The notes under the pieces: model-generated
Databases searched by the model: none
Seen by the model: only the letters and a program-made list of their open reading frames with translations
Told to the model about the DNA's origin: nothing
Made by a program: the position numbers and the translations under genes
Shown here: one piece after another, positions 12,413 to 26,716 of the stretch
How the letters are laid out: each line of letters opens with the position of its first letter
Numbering within the stretch: position 1 is the first letter of the stretch
Assembly: GCF_000181795.1 (NCBI RefSeq)
Contig: NW_003526940.1
Span: 3,012,497 to 3,076,496 of the forward strand
Direction of reading: 5' to 3'
Length of the DNA: 64,000 bases
Source: Trichinella spiralis
Taxonomy: Eukaryota

Positions 12413-15400
12413 ATGTCTGTGAGCAATGAAGAAGTTTTGACGTTAGCTTTTAATCAGGACGCTACGTAAGAGCTTGCTCGACTAGTGATTAAAAAGATCT
12501 TAATATTATTCATATTCCATTGTGTTCATTGCAGTTCTCTGGCTGTTGGAACATCGAACGGGTATAGATTGTACACTCTTGGTCAAGTGGACGAATTAGA
12601 TTTACTTTTGGAAAATACAGGTAAATTATTACTTTTCAAAAGAATGTTTTTTTTGTATTAAATAAATTTTAGAAAACAGTGACGTTTGTATCATTGAGCG
12701 TCTTTTCTCAAGCAGTTTGGTCACTTCAGTTTCTCTCAGTGCTCCAAGAAAGTTGGAAATATGTCATTTTTTAAAGAAACAAGAGATTTGCACTCAAAAT
12801 TACGCGAACAGCATTTTAGCAATTCGACTGAATCGATTGGTGAGTAGTAAGCATATAGCAATAGCAGCAGTAGTAGTAGTAGTAGTAGCAGTGACAGTGG
12901 GGGCTTGTTAATAATATATATATATATTCTTTCTTTCTGGGCGGTTGAATAAATTTGACAGGAGAAGCATTTCCACAAATGCAGAGGGATTAATAGTAGA
13001 AACATCTGAGCATGATGACAAAGCAAAAACGTTCCGATGTGTGCAAAGCATAATTTGTTTTCAAAATTTTCAACGCTAATTCTATTATATTGTTTTTAAT
13101 TTTCTTCAATTGCGGTATTATTGTTGTCAAATTTTTATCGATTATAAATGCGTTAACGCTTTCAAAGAAAATATTGATTCTCATCATCATCATCGTCGTC
13201 GTCGTGTTCAGTTTGACACAGTTACTCATATTTCGTGATGTATGATTTTATTTAAAATTATTTTTGAAATGAAAAATTTTTGAAAAAGATCAACATTTCT
13301 AATTTAGGATAAAATATTAAATGTATTTTACAATGAGCAGGCGATGAATGTTGTGAAAAAGTTGGTTAGTCAAGAAGCTAAAGCTAATGAATAGAACTTA
13401 TTCTTTACTTTGCGTCACGAGTGATCAAGTTGTGCTGCTAGGCGTGCACTTTTGCTAGTAGGAAGTTGATGCTAAATAAACAAACAAATCAGTTGTTGGT
13501 GTGAATAGAATGGAAATGCACGAATATTATTATTATTATTATATATTTATTAGTGCATTTTTCATAAGGATTCAGTTGAAAAAGAAAATTACGATTAACA
13601 TAAATTTTTTTTATTATACATAATTATATTTTTCCTTTTTTATCATCTGTATCATCTGTGGTTTTATGTTATATACTTTTTTTTTCTTCAACAGAGGTCA
13701 TCTCGGTAGTTATATGGTGGGGTAGGATGAAAAATGATATGTAATAATAATGAACATGCACGTGATGATAGTTTTATTGTTCTGTTGGGTCAAGCTAGCT
13801 GACCTCAGTCGAAAGAATCATATTCTATTTTTCACTTGTATATGAGTGGTAATTTCCTGTTTTTATTGCTTTGCTTTTTCTCAAACAAATTATTAGGAAA
13901 ATAATAAAATTGTTTTTCAATTGCGAATATTTTAAAAATTTATTTCATTGTTTTTTATGTGGGAATTTTTTATTTATGTTGTCAAATGCTCGCAGATTGT
14001 AGTTTTATGTTCGATAATTTGTGCATTGTGTCCGTGGGTCTTTGTTTCATTAGCATCTGCTAGCCGCTTTATTCAGTGGTCATTTATTGATTATTTCTAT
14101 TCGACATTGAGTGATCGTTTCCCGCATGGCATTGTTGTTCATTTTCTGATATCAGACCAAAAAAGCAACAGCCGAAATTCAGTACATATTTAATTATATA
14201 TATATATATATATATAAGGATGAAAAAATAGAAATTTCCAAAAGACAATTTTCGTGATATCTTGATTTGAAAACTGTTTTTATGAAGGGAAAATCAACAG
14301 GGTAGGTGGGGGTTGTGTTAGCAATTTTAATGATTGACACTTTTGAATGGGTTTGATTCAATTCAGCCGTAAAGCATTGAAAAAGAATTTGGTCAGGCGA
14401 CGAAGTTTCAATTAAGCTGAGAAATTATTATTTGTAATGTTGTTGTCTGTACTATTACTACCTGCTATCTACTATTTGAAATTTGTGTCAGCGTTCAAAC
14501 ACGAAACCCAATTTTGTGAAAAGCAACCATTCGGATCGAATCCTGTTTGCTTTGCCCAACTCACGTGAAAGCTTGTTCAAACGATATTTATATTATTTCT
14601 TACTGTATATTATTAACTTTTTTGATTTTTTCATTATCATTTTCATGATTATTAAAAAAAATTATATACCCTATATTATATTTGATGATTGAGCGGATTT
14701 TTTTTTTCAATTTTATTTTTCTTTTCTTAGCGCTTGATTGTTTGTCTGGAAGACAGCATATTTGTCCACAACATACGAGATATGAAAGTGCTGCATACAA
14801 TTCGCGACACTCCGTCCAATCCGAGCGGTCTGTGCGATCTGACACCAGCCGACGTCAGTTTTGTTGCTTATCCTGGCTCGACCAGCTCGGGCGAGGTGCA
14901 CTTATTTGATGCTGCTACTTTGGTATGATTTCAATTTTATCCTGATGAAATTATTAAATTTCAATAAATTCATGTGATTATCTTTTTTTTTATTTTTAGC
15001 AAGGATTGTCAGTTATTCCTGCTCACAATGGTCCATTGAATGCGTTGAAGTTCAACGCTGAAGGAACACTTCTAGCTTCAGCATCGGAAAAGGTATTCTT
15101 TTTATTAAAATAATCTCTTTAATATTTTATTGAATTTCAATAATGTTTTTATTGTTACTATTTTTTCAGGGAACGGTAATTCGAGTGTTTGCCATTCCCG
15201 GAGGGCAAAGACTTTTCGAATTTCGAAGGGGAATAAAACGGCACGTATATATAATTCTCTTTTTTTTGGTAAAATTTTAATTTAATTTGTTTTTCTTTTA
15301 ATATTTAGATGTGCGTCAATTTATTCTCTGGCATTCAGTATGGATTCAGCATTTTTAGCTTGTACTAGCAATACAGAAACGATTCATATTTTCAAATTGG

Positions 15401-16585
15401 AACCATCACCACCCAGGTATTTGCAGCAAATTTGGTTTTTTTTTCTTTACAGAAATATCTAATTTCAATTATTATTATTGATCAAGTCAAAATGAGTCGG
15501 AATCTTTGAATACTGTACAAGATTGGGTATCGTTTGTCAGTCGAACGGCGGCCAACTATTTGCCATCTCAAGTATCCGATATTTTGCAACAAGAACGAGC
15601 TTTTGCGACGGCACGTTTACCCAGAGCTGGCTGCAAAAGCATTTGCGCAATAATGACGTAGATTTTTTTTTTTGAAAAAAATATTTTCATATTTTTGTTT
15701 AATGCTGACTTATTGAAACTTCAGATTGAAAACAATGCCACGATTGGTTGTTGCTTCTACTGACGGCTACATGTACATATACAACTTCAATCGACAAGAA
15801 GGTGGAGAATGTGTTCTACAGAAACAGCATCGGTATATTCCACAAATATGCAAAAAAAAAAAATATATATATTCTTTATTGGATAATATTTTTGATCATA
15901 TTTAGACTGCTTCATTCGTCGAGAAGATTGTCTCGTGCAGATATACCGGGAACGTCGACGGCTACGTTGATCACCACCACTACCACCACTAGACCGCGCA
16001 ATTTTTCCACCGGTGAAGTTACATCCCGCTATCACGGTATTGTCGCTGAGTCGACTGAATGTAGCACGTCACCAACTGGTGCACTGGACGTCTGTAATGT
16101 CATCTCAATTGTTTTCGTTTGTTCATCATCACCACTGTTTTATTTCTTTCCCACCATTTTATTAATTAATATTTTCTCTTTGCTTGTTTTATGCATGTTT
16201 TTTATTTTACTTTTTGCTTTCGAACACCGAGCTTTGCTTTGCTTTTTCTTCTGTTTGCCTTGTTGCAACTTTATTTAACAACATCAATTGCACAACATAG
16301 CATGCGGATATTCTTAGACAATAATATGTGCTGCTTGTTTTGTTATGATGATGCATTCATTCAACAAGTATGAAAAGTGCACATTTTTTCACATTAACAA
16401 CTTTCATTTTTCTCACCTTTTAACATACATACCTTTTTTTCAATGAATGCATGCAAATTGAATTAATCTATTAATTTAATTTTATTTTATTATTAGAAGA
16501 AGCGGCTGGTCATCGTCAGACGCATGATATGCGTCTTGATGATGTATTGGAATTTCCTCCAATTGGTCAAGCTTGCACTCAGTAG
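12413..16585 (+). CDS. atg-18: WD-repeat phosphoinositide-interacting protein 2 / Atg18 (PROPPIN)
   Basis: Exons encode [91 protein letters not shown] (PI3P-binding FRRG), [10 protein letters not shown] and C-terminal LDDVLEFPP. Stop at 16583-16585. Confidence 0.95.
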
Positions 16586-18252
16586 TAGTGATGGAGAAGC
16601 ATTATATCGTACTGATTATTGTTCTTCCATGTTATTATACATAGTTAGTTAGTTCGTTTTTTCTTTACAATTGAAATTGTCCATTTACGCTTTTATTTAC
16701 TTATTATTTTTACAGTAATATTTTGTACAAATTACTTGGGCAAAATATCTTCGTCGACGACTGGTCGTCTCTTTTAATCACACGTATACATATTTTTCCA
16801 TTGCACTTGCTCTGCATTATGTTCAATGCTCGAGATGGCTGTTTTGTTTGTTTGTTCATTTTTTAAACGAACAATTTCATTTATTTTTTAAACGATGTTA
16901 AAATTTGGAAAAGAAAAAAAGCATATTATGCAGAATAATAGATTATGAATATGTATAGTTGGAATTTTTGTGTCAAAAACGAATTATTTGTTCATTTCAA
17001 ATAAGCATAGATTTGCTTCTTTGATTGCACGATGTTTTTGTTGCATATTTATCATTTTAAACTTTATTATTATTATTCTTATTACACGAGCGCGTAAGAA
17101 CAACGGCAGTGAAAATTAGTCGATTCACTGACTGACTGACTGACTTATTGATTGAAGTAATTTGTTTCCATATTTTTTTGCATCTTTCGTTTCTGTTTAG
17201 AACATCTGCTATTATATATTATTATTCAGTTAAAAAATATATACATATTCTTGTAAATATTATCGTTTACATACATGTATTCTTTCTTTGTACGCTGTTT
17301 TCATAATCTTTTTTTTCCAACTTGAAAAAACGTAAAAAAATGAAAAGTATAAAAAAAGAAAAATAAAACCAAATACCTACCCAAATTGTGTTGTTGTTGT
17401 TTACTGAATTATTTGAAAAAATGATAATTTTTTTTGCTTCCATAAATACGAACGTGCAAAAGCAACTTGTTGGGAATAACATTTTTTTTATTTTGCAGAA
17501 CACAACAGCCAACGCCCTCCTCCTCTTCGACTAATACAAGCACCGGAGGCAGAAAGTGGAAAAATAAAATTTTTCACGAACACATTTTTCTTCCTTCTCA
17601 CCGGCGACAAAAAAACAAACAAAAAAATAACCACCGGACAGATTACATGTCTGTGCAAGTGAGCGAAAGCGTAAATGAGAAAAACGACAACACAAGAGAA
17701 CTGTTTGTTTGTTAACTGCTTGGGAAAATGAAAATAGAAAAAACAAATAATAATATTCATAGTATACAGATATATATCTAGGAGAGAATAAATGAGAACA
17801 CTTTCAAATTGTTCTTGCTTAACAAATTGAAAAACGACAACACTTGTGTAATTTTAAAAAGAAAAATATAATAATAATGAGGAAAACCATAATCGATCAT
17901 CATCATCATCATCATCACAATCCATATGCGAAGCAACCACTACACATATTGTAATAACAAATGTATTTTAAAAAAAGCAAAATAACTATAACTACAAGCA
18001 AAACAATAAATAAATAAAAACAAACATGCAAGTTTTATAGTAAAAGAACAGTGATTGATGGTGTACACACAACACATACACACAAGTGTATGTCTTTCTC
18101 AACAAACAATTCAAATGCATAATTGAAAATATTATGCAAAACATGATCTTGAATAAAAAACAGCAAAAGAAAATCTTGCAAATTAATGCCTATTATAATA
18201 TTAAAAAAGTAAACAAAGTAAAATCATCACATGCAATAACAAAGATAGAATG

Positions 18253-18253
18253 G

Positions 18254-18284
<31 letters not shown>

Positions 18285-18364
18285 CGACGACGACGACGAT
18301 GATGATGATCATAATAATAGTAATAATGTAGATAATGATAATAGTAATAATAATAATAATAATG

Positions 18365-18400
<36 letters not shown>
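18253..18400. repeat. Compound (AAT)n/(GAC)n/(GAT)n microsatellite immediately 3' of the unkempt stop
   Basis: Long imperfect AAT run with GAC/GAT inserts, read directly from the sequence. Confidence 0.95.
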
Positions 18401-18402
18401 TT

Positions 18403-21400
18403 TCAAGTCATAACAGCTGATGAATTAGATCCAGTTTTACAACTTGGAGAACATACTGGGCAGTTGATAGATGGAACGGAATTGTTCACATGTCGTCCAC
18501 ATCGTGCACACATTGGACCACCGTTTAGCTGCAACTGCTTGAAAAAAAAATCCAACAAATTATCGTCAATTCACACACCACAAATGAAAAAATTATCCCC
18601 TCTCCCCCCCCCCCAAAAAATGTACATATTACATACAATAACAGATCACATTTTTATAATATTGATTTGAAAATTTATTATATAGAAAAAATAGGGGAAA
18701 AATATGTATATACATAATTGTCTAATCAAACTCACTTGATTGACTCTATTCAACTGCAATTGGAGATTATTTCGCATTTGTTCTAATTGACAAGCATTCA
18801 ACACTTCTGGGTTCAACGTTGGCGCAGCTCTTTTCGTACACAGCATCTGCATTTCCAGTTGCATGCTAGCCAATTGACTGAGTGCCTGAAATAAAAAATA
18901 AACTAATTAAATATTTTAATATATAATAAATATGATCACATGCACAAAATTGGAACGTTCCGTACGTTGTCCCTTTCTTTGATTGCCATCAGTTTTTCTT
19001 GTTCAGCTATTTCTGCTCGACGACGCTGTTCTTCTGCTTCATGCTTCCAAGCTGCACAAGACTGAAGTATATATATACATATGAAAAATTAAAAATTAAA
19101 TTAAATTTAAATGGTATCTTTCTTTTTTACGTTTGCTGTTCGTAACAAACACTCGTCCAAGTCGACGTTTCCAAACCGAAGCACGTCACCGCAATATTGT
19201 TGTTGTTGCTGTTGTATATGATTGTCCACCAAACGTTTCAGTCTAGGCAACTCATGAACAGCTTAAATGAAAAATTTATTTTATATTAATTAAGAAATAA
19301 AAAAAATGTCCTTTTCATACTTGGACTAAGAGGTGGAAACAATTTTATCCCATCACTGTAAGAGTTTTGTCCAAAAATACTGAACGAATCTGGTGTCGTT
19401 TTTGCCTATAAAAAGTAAGAGAAATTAAAAGAAAAAAAATTTAATTAGAAAAAGAAATTAACCGAAAAATTATCCGGATAGCTGAATGCGTGACTGTTGC
19501 CGGCGGATAAACTTCCCGACGAAAGCGGACTGCCGGTGGACATGAACGTTCGACCGAAATCGCTGCTGAATCTGCATGCGACAATACTGACCGGAGGCGA
19601 TGGATTAAACGACACTGAATTGACGCTGCTGCTTATCGTACCGTCCGAATACCAAGTACCATTGTGGGTCCACCAATCCCCACCAGTACCAGCACCGGCA
19701 CCGGCACCACTACCGTAAACATGCGATGACGCATGATAATTCGAATAAAAGTCCGAAGAAGCAGCGTAAGCATTGCTCAACGGCAACGTGAACGCTTCGG
19801 CAACGTTTCGTTCTTCATTTTCATTAATTGTCGGCAAACTATCATTGTTCAAATTCAATTCTTCCGCCAAACTGCCTTAAATTGAAAAATCAACAACAAC
19901 AACTAATAATTATTAATTGTTCAATTGGAAATATATTTTTCAAACATTTTCTCTTTTCTACACCACCCACCTAACAAAGCATCCAAATTTTCCATGTGTT
20001 CGTATTGATTAGTATTTACTGCCGACGACAAAGATGCTGCTCTGGGCAACATTTCCGTACTTGCGCGCACGCTTTGAAAACTTTCCACCTCCTGTGAAAC
20101 ATCTTCCACAAGTCCTTGCAACGGTTGTTGTTTGCACTTGTTGTCCACAACAACAATTTCACCACTCCGACTACCACTGCAAGCACGTTCACGATACGGC
20201 TTGAACAAGAACATTTATTATTTATTTAAAAATTTATGCTCAAATTAATTCAACTACCGATTGCATGTCACGTTCGAAACCTGGAGCTTTGGGATAACCG
20301 AACGCGACAACATTGGTACAATTTGGCCTTCTTCGTACCGGCCTGGTACTTGGCATTGTGTTTCGACGTTGCATCAGTACAGCCTGAAGTGAAAATTGAA
20401 TTGAATTAATTCTGTATACCAATAAGTAAAAATACATTTCATCAATGTTCAGAAAAAAAAAGAAAAACAAGTAAATACAAACCTGATTTTCAATATACTG
20501 TCACCGTATAAGTAAACAAAATAGAATGAAGAGAAAATTATTGAATGAAAAACTCCATTCAATTGAAGAGAGTTTCGGGAAAGTGAATTTTTATAATAAT
20601 AATAGAGAATAAAATAAAGATTTACTGAATAAGTCGGCGGTGAATCGGTCATTCGAGTTTGGGATTCAATTTCCAAAGTGGCGACTGCCGACGGTTGACG
20701 ACCACTCGGGGTGGTGGCGGTGATGGTCATATGACTTTTCAAGCCGAAATCTCCACCATTTCCCCCTTTGCGACTGCTATTATTCATGATGCAATCGGTC
20801 GAACCGGTGCTGCTATTATTATTATTATTATTGTTGTTCATACTGTTGTTGCTGCTGCTGTGTCTTCTCTTGCTGCAGCTACCACTGCTGCTGCTGTTGC
20901 TGTTGCTGCTCGTGGTGCGCAGTGTGCAAACTTCGCCTGGAGAAAAATATGTTGGAATAAAGTGAAAAAAAATCAAACAAACAAACAAACAAATAAATAA
21001 ACAAATAAACGCTGCTGCTGTTGTTTACAAAATGTAACAGCACAGAATGGAACACTAGCGTTAGCGTAACAACAGGGGCAATGATGACGCGGGCATGTAA
21101 ATTTTTTTTTCTTCACATGACAAACAAACAGAATGAATTTTTAAAATAGATCACATGATCAGAGGATGGATAATAAAAAAAATTTTTTCACTTTGCATAT
21201 GGCGAGAGTAGAAGGAAAATTCGCGGGTTGTTTTTTTTTTGAGTCGATGAGTAATATATATTCGAGCAGAAATGAAAACGAAAATTTTCCTTCTCGCGAA
21301 TTATTGATCAGAGTGATATTTATTTAAAAGTGAAAATAAAAAAAAGTATAACTTGATTGAAAAGAAACAAAACGCATGCCAACTTGAAAACTTGTAAAGT

Positions 21401-24288
21401 GTGAAAATAAATAAATAAATAAATAAATAGAGATGACAGTAATATAGAAGCGGATAGCCAGCCGCTTCTTCAACCAACCAACCAACCAACTAGCCAACAG
21501 ACAAACTGATTGACTGATAGAGTGAGTGACTTCAGTCGCTCCGTGCGATGGCCACCAGGCGCAGCGTATTATTTATTATTATGATTATGATTATATACGA
21601 ATATTACACTTTACCAATGCTGCTACTAAATGCAATTGAAAACTACGACCGTTGCCAAACTTGCTCTGTTGCTGATGCTGATTGGCGGCAGCAGCAATAA
21701 CAGCTAAAGCTTGCTGCTGCTGCTGCTGCTGCTCTCTGTCCATCTCTCTCTCTCTCTTTGATGACCACCACCACTGTAAAATAAAGTTACTGCTGTTGTT
21801 GTTCTACTGTAACTGGGCTGACAATTTTCAACGGCCCGTAACGACGATCAATTTTTCCCGTTGTTGTTGTTGTTATGAAAAATAATACTTCTCAACATCG
21901 GCAACAATAATTTAAAAAAATATATATGAATTTAAACAATACTAATCATCACACGTCAACGAATGATAAATTAATTAAATTTGAAATATATATTTTTTTT
22001 TCTCTTTAATTTTCACAATTACAAACACAAATCTTATTCTCTTATCGTTTTAAGTAATGTTTTATACAAATTAGGCATTTTATTATTATAAACTGACGAC
22101 GACTATTGATGGTAAAACAAGAAATCAACAACAAACAAAGAAACAATAATAATCACTACTGTAATTAATTCATTCAAACAACTAAAAAATTATTATTATT
22201 ATAAAACTTTTCTTAAAAAAATGCTGCCGTAACACAACAAGCTGCAAATTGAATTTGCAATATTGATATAATTTTTCCCTTTGGAATTGGAAAAAGAAAT
22301 AATCTTTTTTGTTGTTGTTGTTGTTGCACACTAACGATACTTTTGATTTGTCACGAATTGCAACAGAAAAAAAAAACTACAGTAAACATGAATATATTTA
22401 TGTATAAATCAATTATTGTGTCTTAATTATTTTTAAAATTTACATTTAAAAATATGATGATGTAATTTGAAAGTGGCACTGCATGCGTGCAACAAATGGT
22501 GTGCAACAAAACAAAACAACACGTGGATGTAAACAAGCAAACAAACAAATAGCGCGTATCGATCGATCGATTGATTGATTACCTTCGGTGTGCGCGAAAG
22601 CGCAAAAACTACCTCGAGGACAATAGCCATGTTGAATCATGTCGTTGCATTTGGTGGATTTGTAAATCTGAAATTTGAAAGCAAAATAACAACAACAACA
22701 ACAACAATAAAACATACTACATCCGACCAACCTCGGGATGAAATTGCTGCTCTGTTCTCGTGTGACAATAGATACAGGTATCGGCCGAGTCGCAACTTTC
22801 CGGCGTTGACCATTCGTCACCTCGCTTGACCGCCGGACACGGTGTACTACGGTATTTGTGGACCGTCGGCGAACGACGCCGGTCTTTGCTGTTGTGATAA
22901 TACGGACAAGCGTAACCTTGGCGACAAAGCCGAGGTGACTTTTGGCACATCTCGGTCTTGTAATGGGACAATACGAAATGTGGACTATCCCAAACATGGT
23001 CTTCGACCACGAAATTCAGACGGTCGCGATTTTCCAACGACAAATCCATCTGAAATTCATATTTATTACGAATATTAATTGTAATTTGATCAACATTTTT
23101 TTTCTGTAGAAAAGATTAATTAATTTGAATAATCAAACTGACAACAACAACAATAATTTGGTCGGTTGGATGATGATGATGAAGAAGAAGAATGCTGATA
23201 AAAAAGATCAATAATATGAAAATCAGGCACTGACTGAGTGGGGAAAGTTGAAAGCAGTAAAAGAAAAGAAATAAATCACAACTTTGTGCATGCAACCAGA
23301 TGTGACGTGGATTGGAAAACATTGCAAACTCGTTTCTTTGTTCTGACCGCTTCTATTCCACATCTGTGCACAGATGGATGAAAAAACGAGCTTCTATTTC
23401 TCAAACACCATGCACCATCAATTGTGAAAACTTTCATGCAAATAAACAACAAGAATAAAAAAATAAATCCATTCATTATTATTATTATTATTATTATTCA
23501 CCAGGCAAATAATCAAACAACATTTTATTTCGATATTGGCAAAATTGAATTGTATCGTGCAAAAAAAAATTAAGATAAAAAAATGCAACCTGAACTTCTT
23601 CTTCTCGACTATCGTACACCGGCTGTCGAATATCGTCCAAACCGTGAGCTTGCGGACAGTGGATACCATATTTTGCACACTTCCCTTTGCTGTCGGTGAC
23701 GTAATTGCACAACGTCGTCTTGTAATATCTCAAATGGTATTTGCGTTCAACGTCACCATAAACTCGATGCAAATATGGGCATCTGGAAAAACCAATTTAT
23801 AATTCATCATAATATCATCTTATACAATATGATATGCAAATTTTGATTTTTTAACAAAATTAATACTATCAAAATCATATTGAATATACAGATATTAATA
23901 TATATAATTTTTTTAAATCAATCACTCACTGATCGTCATCCGGACAAGTTCCGGTGCTTTCGTCGTATTTTGAACAATATTCGTCAGAACTGTAATTGAA
24001 CGTGCCGTCTTTCAGCAATGAACAGCGTCTCCGCCTCTGGTTGGCAAAGTGCCAATAAAAACAAGTGTAAGGCCGGTGCTGTTGGCAGGTGTGTTGTTTG
24101 AACAGAGGGCACGGATCGACGCGAAACTCATGCAAATATCTCAAATTGAAAACAACAACATTCGAACATAATCACATTATTGAAACGTTGAATATATTTT
24201 TTAAAAAAACTTACCGTTCGTGATTGGATTTTTCATTTGCAATTTGATAATTTGAATCAATTGCTGACGACGAGTCGGTTGATGTCAT
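18403..24288 (-). CDS. unk: Unkempt-family CCCH zinc-finger RNA-binding protein
   Basis: Exons encode EKSNHERYLHEFRVDPCPLFKQHTCQQHRPYTCFYWH, ERKYHLRYYKTTLC, HYKTEMCQKSPRLCRQGYACPYYHNSKDRRR, CIYCHTRTEQQFHPEIYKSTKCNDM..CPRGSFCAFAH, then an S/N-rich linker, a coiled coil and a C-terminal Cys cluster. Probable ATG at 24288, stop at 18403-18405. Confidence 0.95.
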
Positions 24289-25733
24289 CAGCAGATGCTG
24301 TGAAATTCAAAACAGGCGCTACAGTCGAGCACGCACAAGGTAGAAGAGGAGAAAGTTTTTTTTAAAAAATGTTCCAAAAAATTCTCCACCACAACAACGC
24401 AAATCACAAATTGGCACGATCAATGACTGCAAGATGGAGATGAAAAAGTTGCCATTGGTAATTGTTGTTTGTTTTCAATTGAAAAATAAAAAAATTCTTT
24501 GTTGTCCAAATCATGCGCTTAATGTGAAAAATGCAATAATTTCAACAGAACAAAAATCAAAACAAACAAACAAACAAACAATCCACTCACTTGTACAACA
24601 TTTGTGCACAAGCACGATGCAACAGCGGTAGAATTGACGTAAAATTTTCACAACGGCAGCTTGTCACTAGTAAATGATGCTTTATTAAAATTGAGAACAA
24701 ATCTTGCATACCGTAAGAATTTATATTTAGATTGCAGATTTCGTCAGAGCAATTGCATTCACTCTTGAAGGTTCTTCTTCTTTTTGCAAAAATGCTTTTC
24801 AACAACAACAACATTCCAATTTTTAAAATTTCATCCACACTCTCACCAATCATTCTACCATTGATTATTGCAATTATTGTGGTAAATTTTGAATTAAAAA
24901 AATAAAAATATATATACTTTTTTACTTAATTTTTCAAATGTTTTTCACTGTTTTTTCTTATAGCTCTGCACACGTTTGCTCACTGTAAAATATTGGTTCA
25001 AAATTTATTTTTTTAAATAATACAACAATCGAATCAAATTTAATTTTAAAATGAATATTGAAAAAAAATTTCAATATTCAGAAACTTTTACAAAAAATAT
25101 TTCAAACTGAAACTTTTAAAGTGATATATTTTCAATTGATACAATTGTTTATAAATTCTTTTATTTTCTATTGACATGATATTGTTGCCTCGAGGTTTTG
25201 CAACTTTTCCTTTTATTAGACATACAAAATTTTTTGCACTTGAATTTCTTTATTTGTAACTGTACTGATACCTCGTAGGTAATTATGTAACAATTGAAAC
25301 AATTGTCTTTCTTTTGTTTCCACCTTTGAAATTATACGCCATTTTATTAGCATCAATTTATGAAAGTTAATTTCTCTTGTCACGTGGCACAGTTTGTGTT
25401 TATCGAGCGTGTAAAATTTATTTATGAAAAACATAAAAAAGAAGAAAACATCAGCAGATGCTTTGAAATTCTTTTACTATTGTAAAAATTTTTCATAATA
25501 AAGCAAAATTTGACTGAATATTTATTTATTTTTTTTATTTTGAAGTTGATCATTCATCGTGAAACTTTGTAAATACATTTTTGTTGGTTACTTTTTCTTG
25601 TATTAATTTTTTTTGAAATAATTTAATTTTCCTTTCATTTAATTCAGTTTTTTTCTTCATTGCATCTACTCTTTCTTATACAAGCGGTATATTTCTTTTT
25701 ACATATACATTTTAGAAATTTGAAAAGTTTTCC

Positions 25734-26000
25734 ATGGACGACGACGAGGTGGATTTAACAAATATGACATCAACTCAACGGGAAGAGGTGATCCAACGAG
25801 TTCGACAGCAAATGGCGTTGGCTAATGTGCAAGAATTGTTGCAGTCGATTTCGGAAAAATGCTTGAAAGCTTGCATCAAGAAACCCGGCAAAACTTTGGA
25901 AAGTTCTCAGCAGAAATGTCTTTATCATTGTGTAGACAGATATTTGGAAACGACTAATCTTGTTGCTGTCACTTATCGTAATCGACTCGAACAGGGTTGA
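25734..26000 (+). CDS. tin-13: Mitochondrial import inner membrane translocase subunit Tim13 (small TIM)
   Basis: Single coding exon, 88 aa, with twin CX3C (CLKAC...CLYHC) and QQMALANVQELL / KPG / CVDRY motifs. Confidence 0.92.
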   Translation: MDDDEVDLTNMTSTQREEVIQRVRQQMALANVQELLQSISEKCLKACIKKPGKTLESSQQKCLYHCVDRYLETTNLVAVTYRNRLEQG

Positions 26001-26716
26001 ATATTAATTATCCAATGATTAACATTATGAATTAAAAGTCCTCTCCAATTAAACTGCTGTCGTTTATTTATTTCATCGATTATCTTTTCTTTATTTTGTT
26101 TACTTTCAAAGTTTATTATATTCATTTGAATAGAAACATAGTAAGAAAAAGACCGCTAATTCAGCATATTTGTTTATTTATTATTAGGTTATAACAAAAA
26201 CAAACAGATAAATAATGTTCTTCTAGCCTATCGAAAGAAATGATGCGTGTGTTCAAGAAACAAACATGGAAGTGTTTAAAGAGAAATCAAATTGTGCCAA
26301 TCACACAGTTTGAATTGGATTTTTAAAAGTGAAATGAAAAAAATTAATAATTTTTTTTCATTTGCATTTTCAGTATTATTGAAATTGCGCGAATTTCGCG
26401 GCACCAGTTCCACTTTGCCCATCGCTGAATGAGCTCTCGTTAGGCATGTTGAGGTTTGATCCAAACTCTGCCGGTGTCCAGCGGTCAATATTTCTAAAAA
26501 CTTTGAAAATTGATCATTTTTTTTCAAAAATTCAATTGAAAATGATGAACGACATCAATTGAAGAAAAAAAAAGTTCATAAGAACAAATTATGTAATGTT
26601 TTTTAAACATTAATTTATTCAAATAATATACAACAATAAAGAAGCATTTTGAAAAAATTCAATACAGTAAGAGCTGATAATTTGAAAAAAAGAATACAAA
26701 ATACGTCGTAGTGATA

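Noticed and set aside
18086..18670. Poly-Ile ORFs (also poly-Leu/Ala ORFs at 20659-21000)
   Set aside because: Translations of microsatellites or antisense to unkempt exons.
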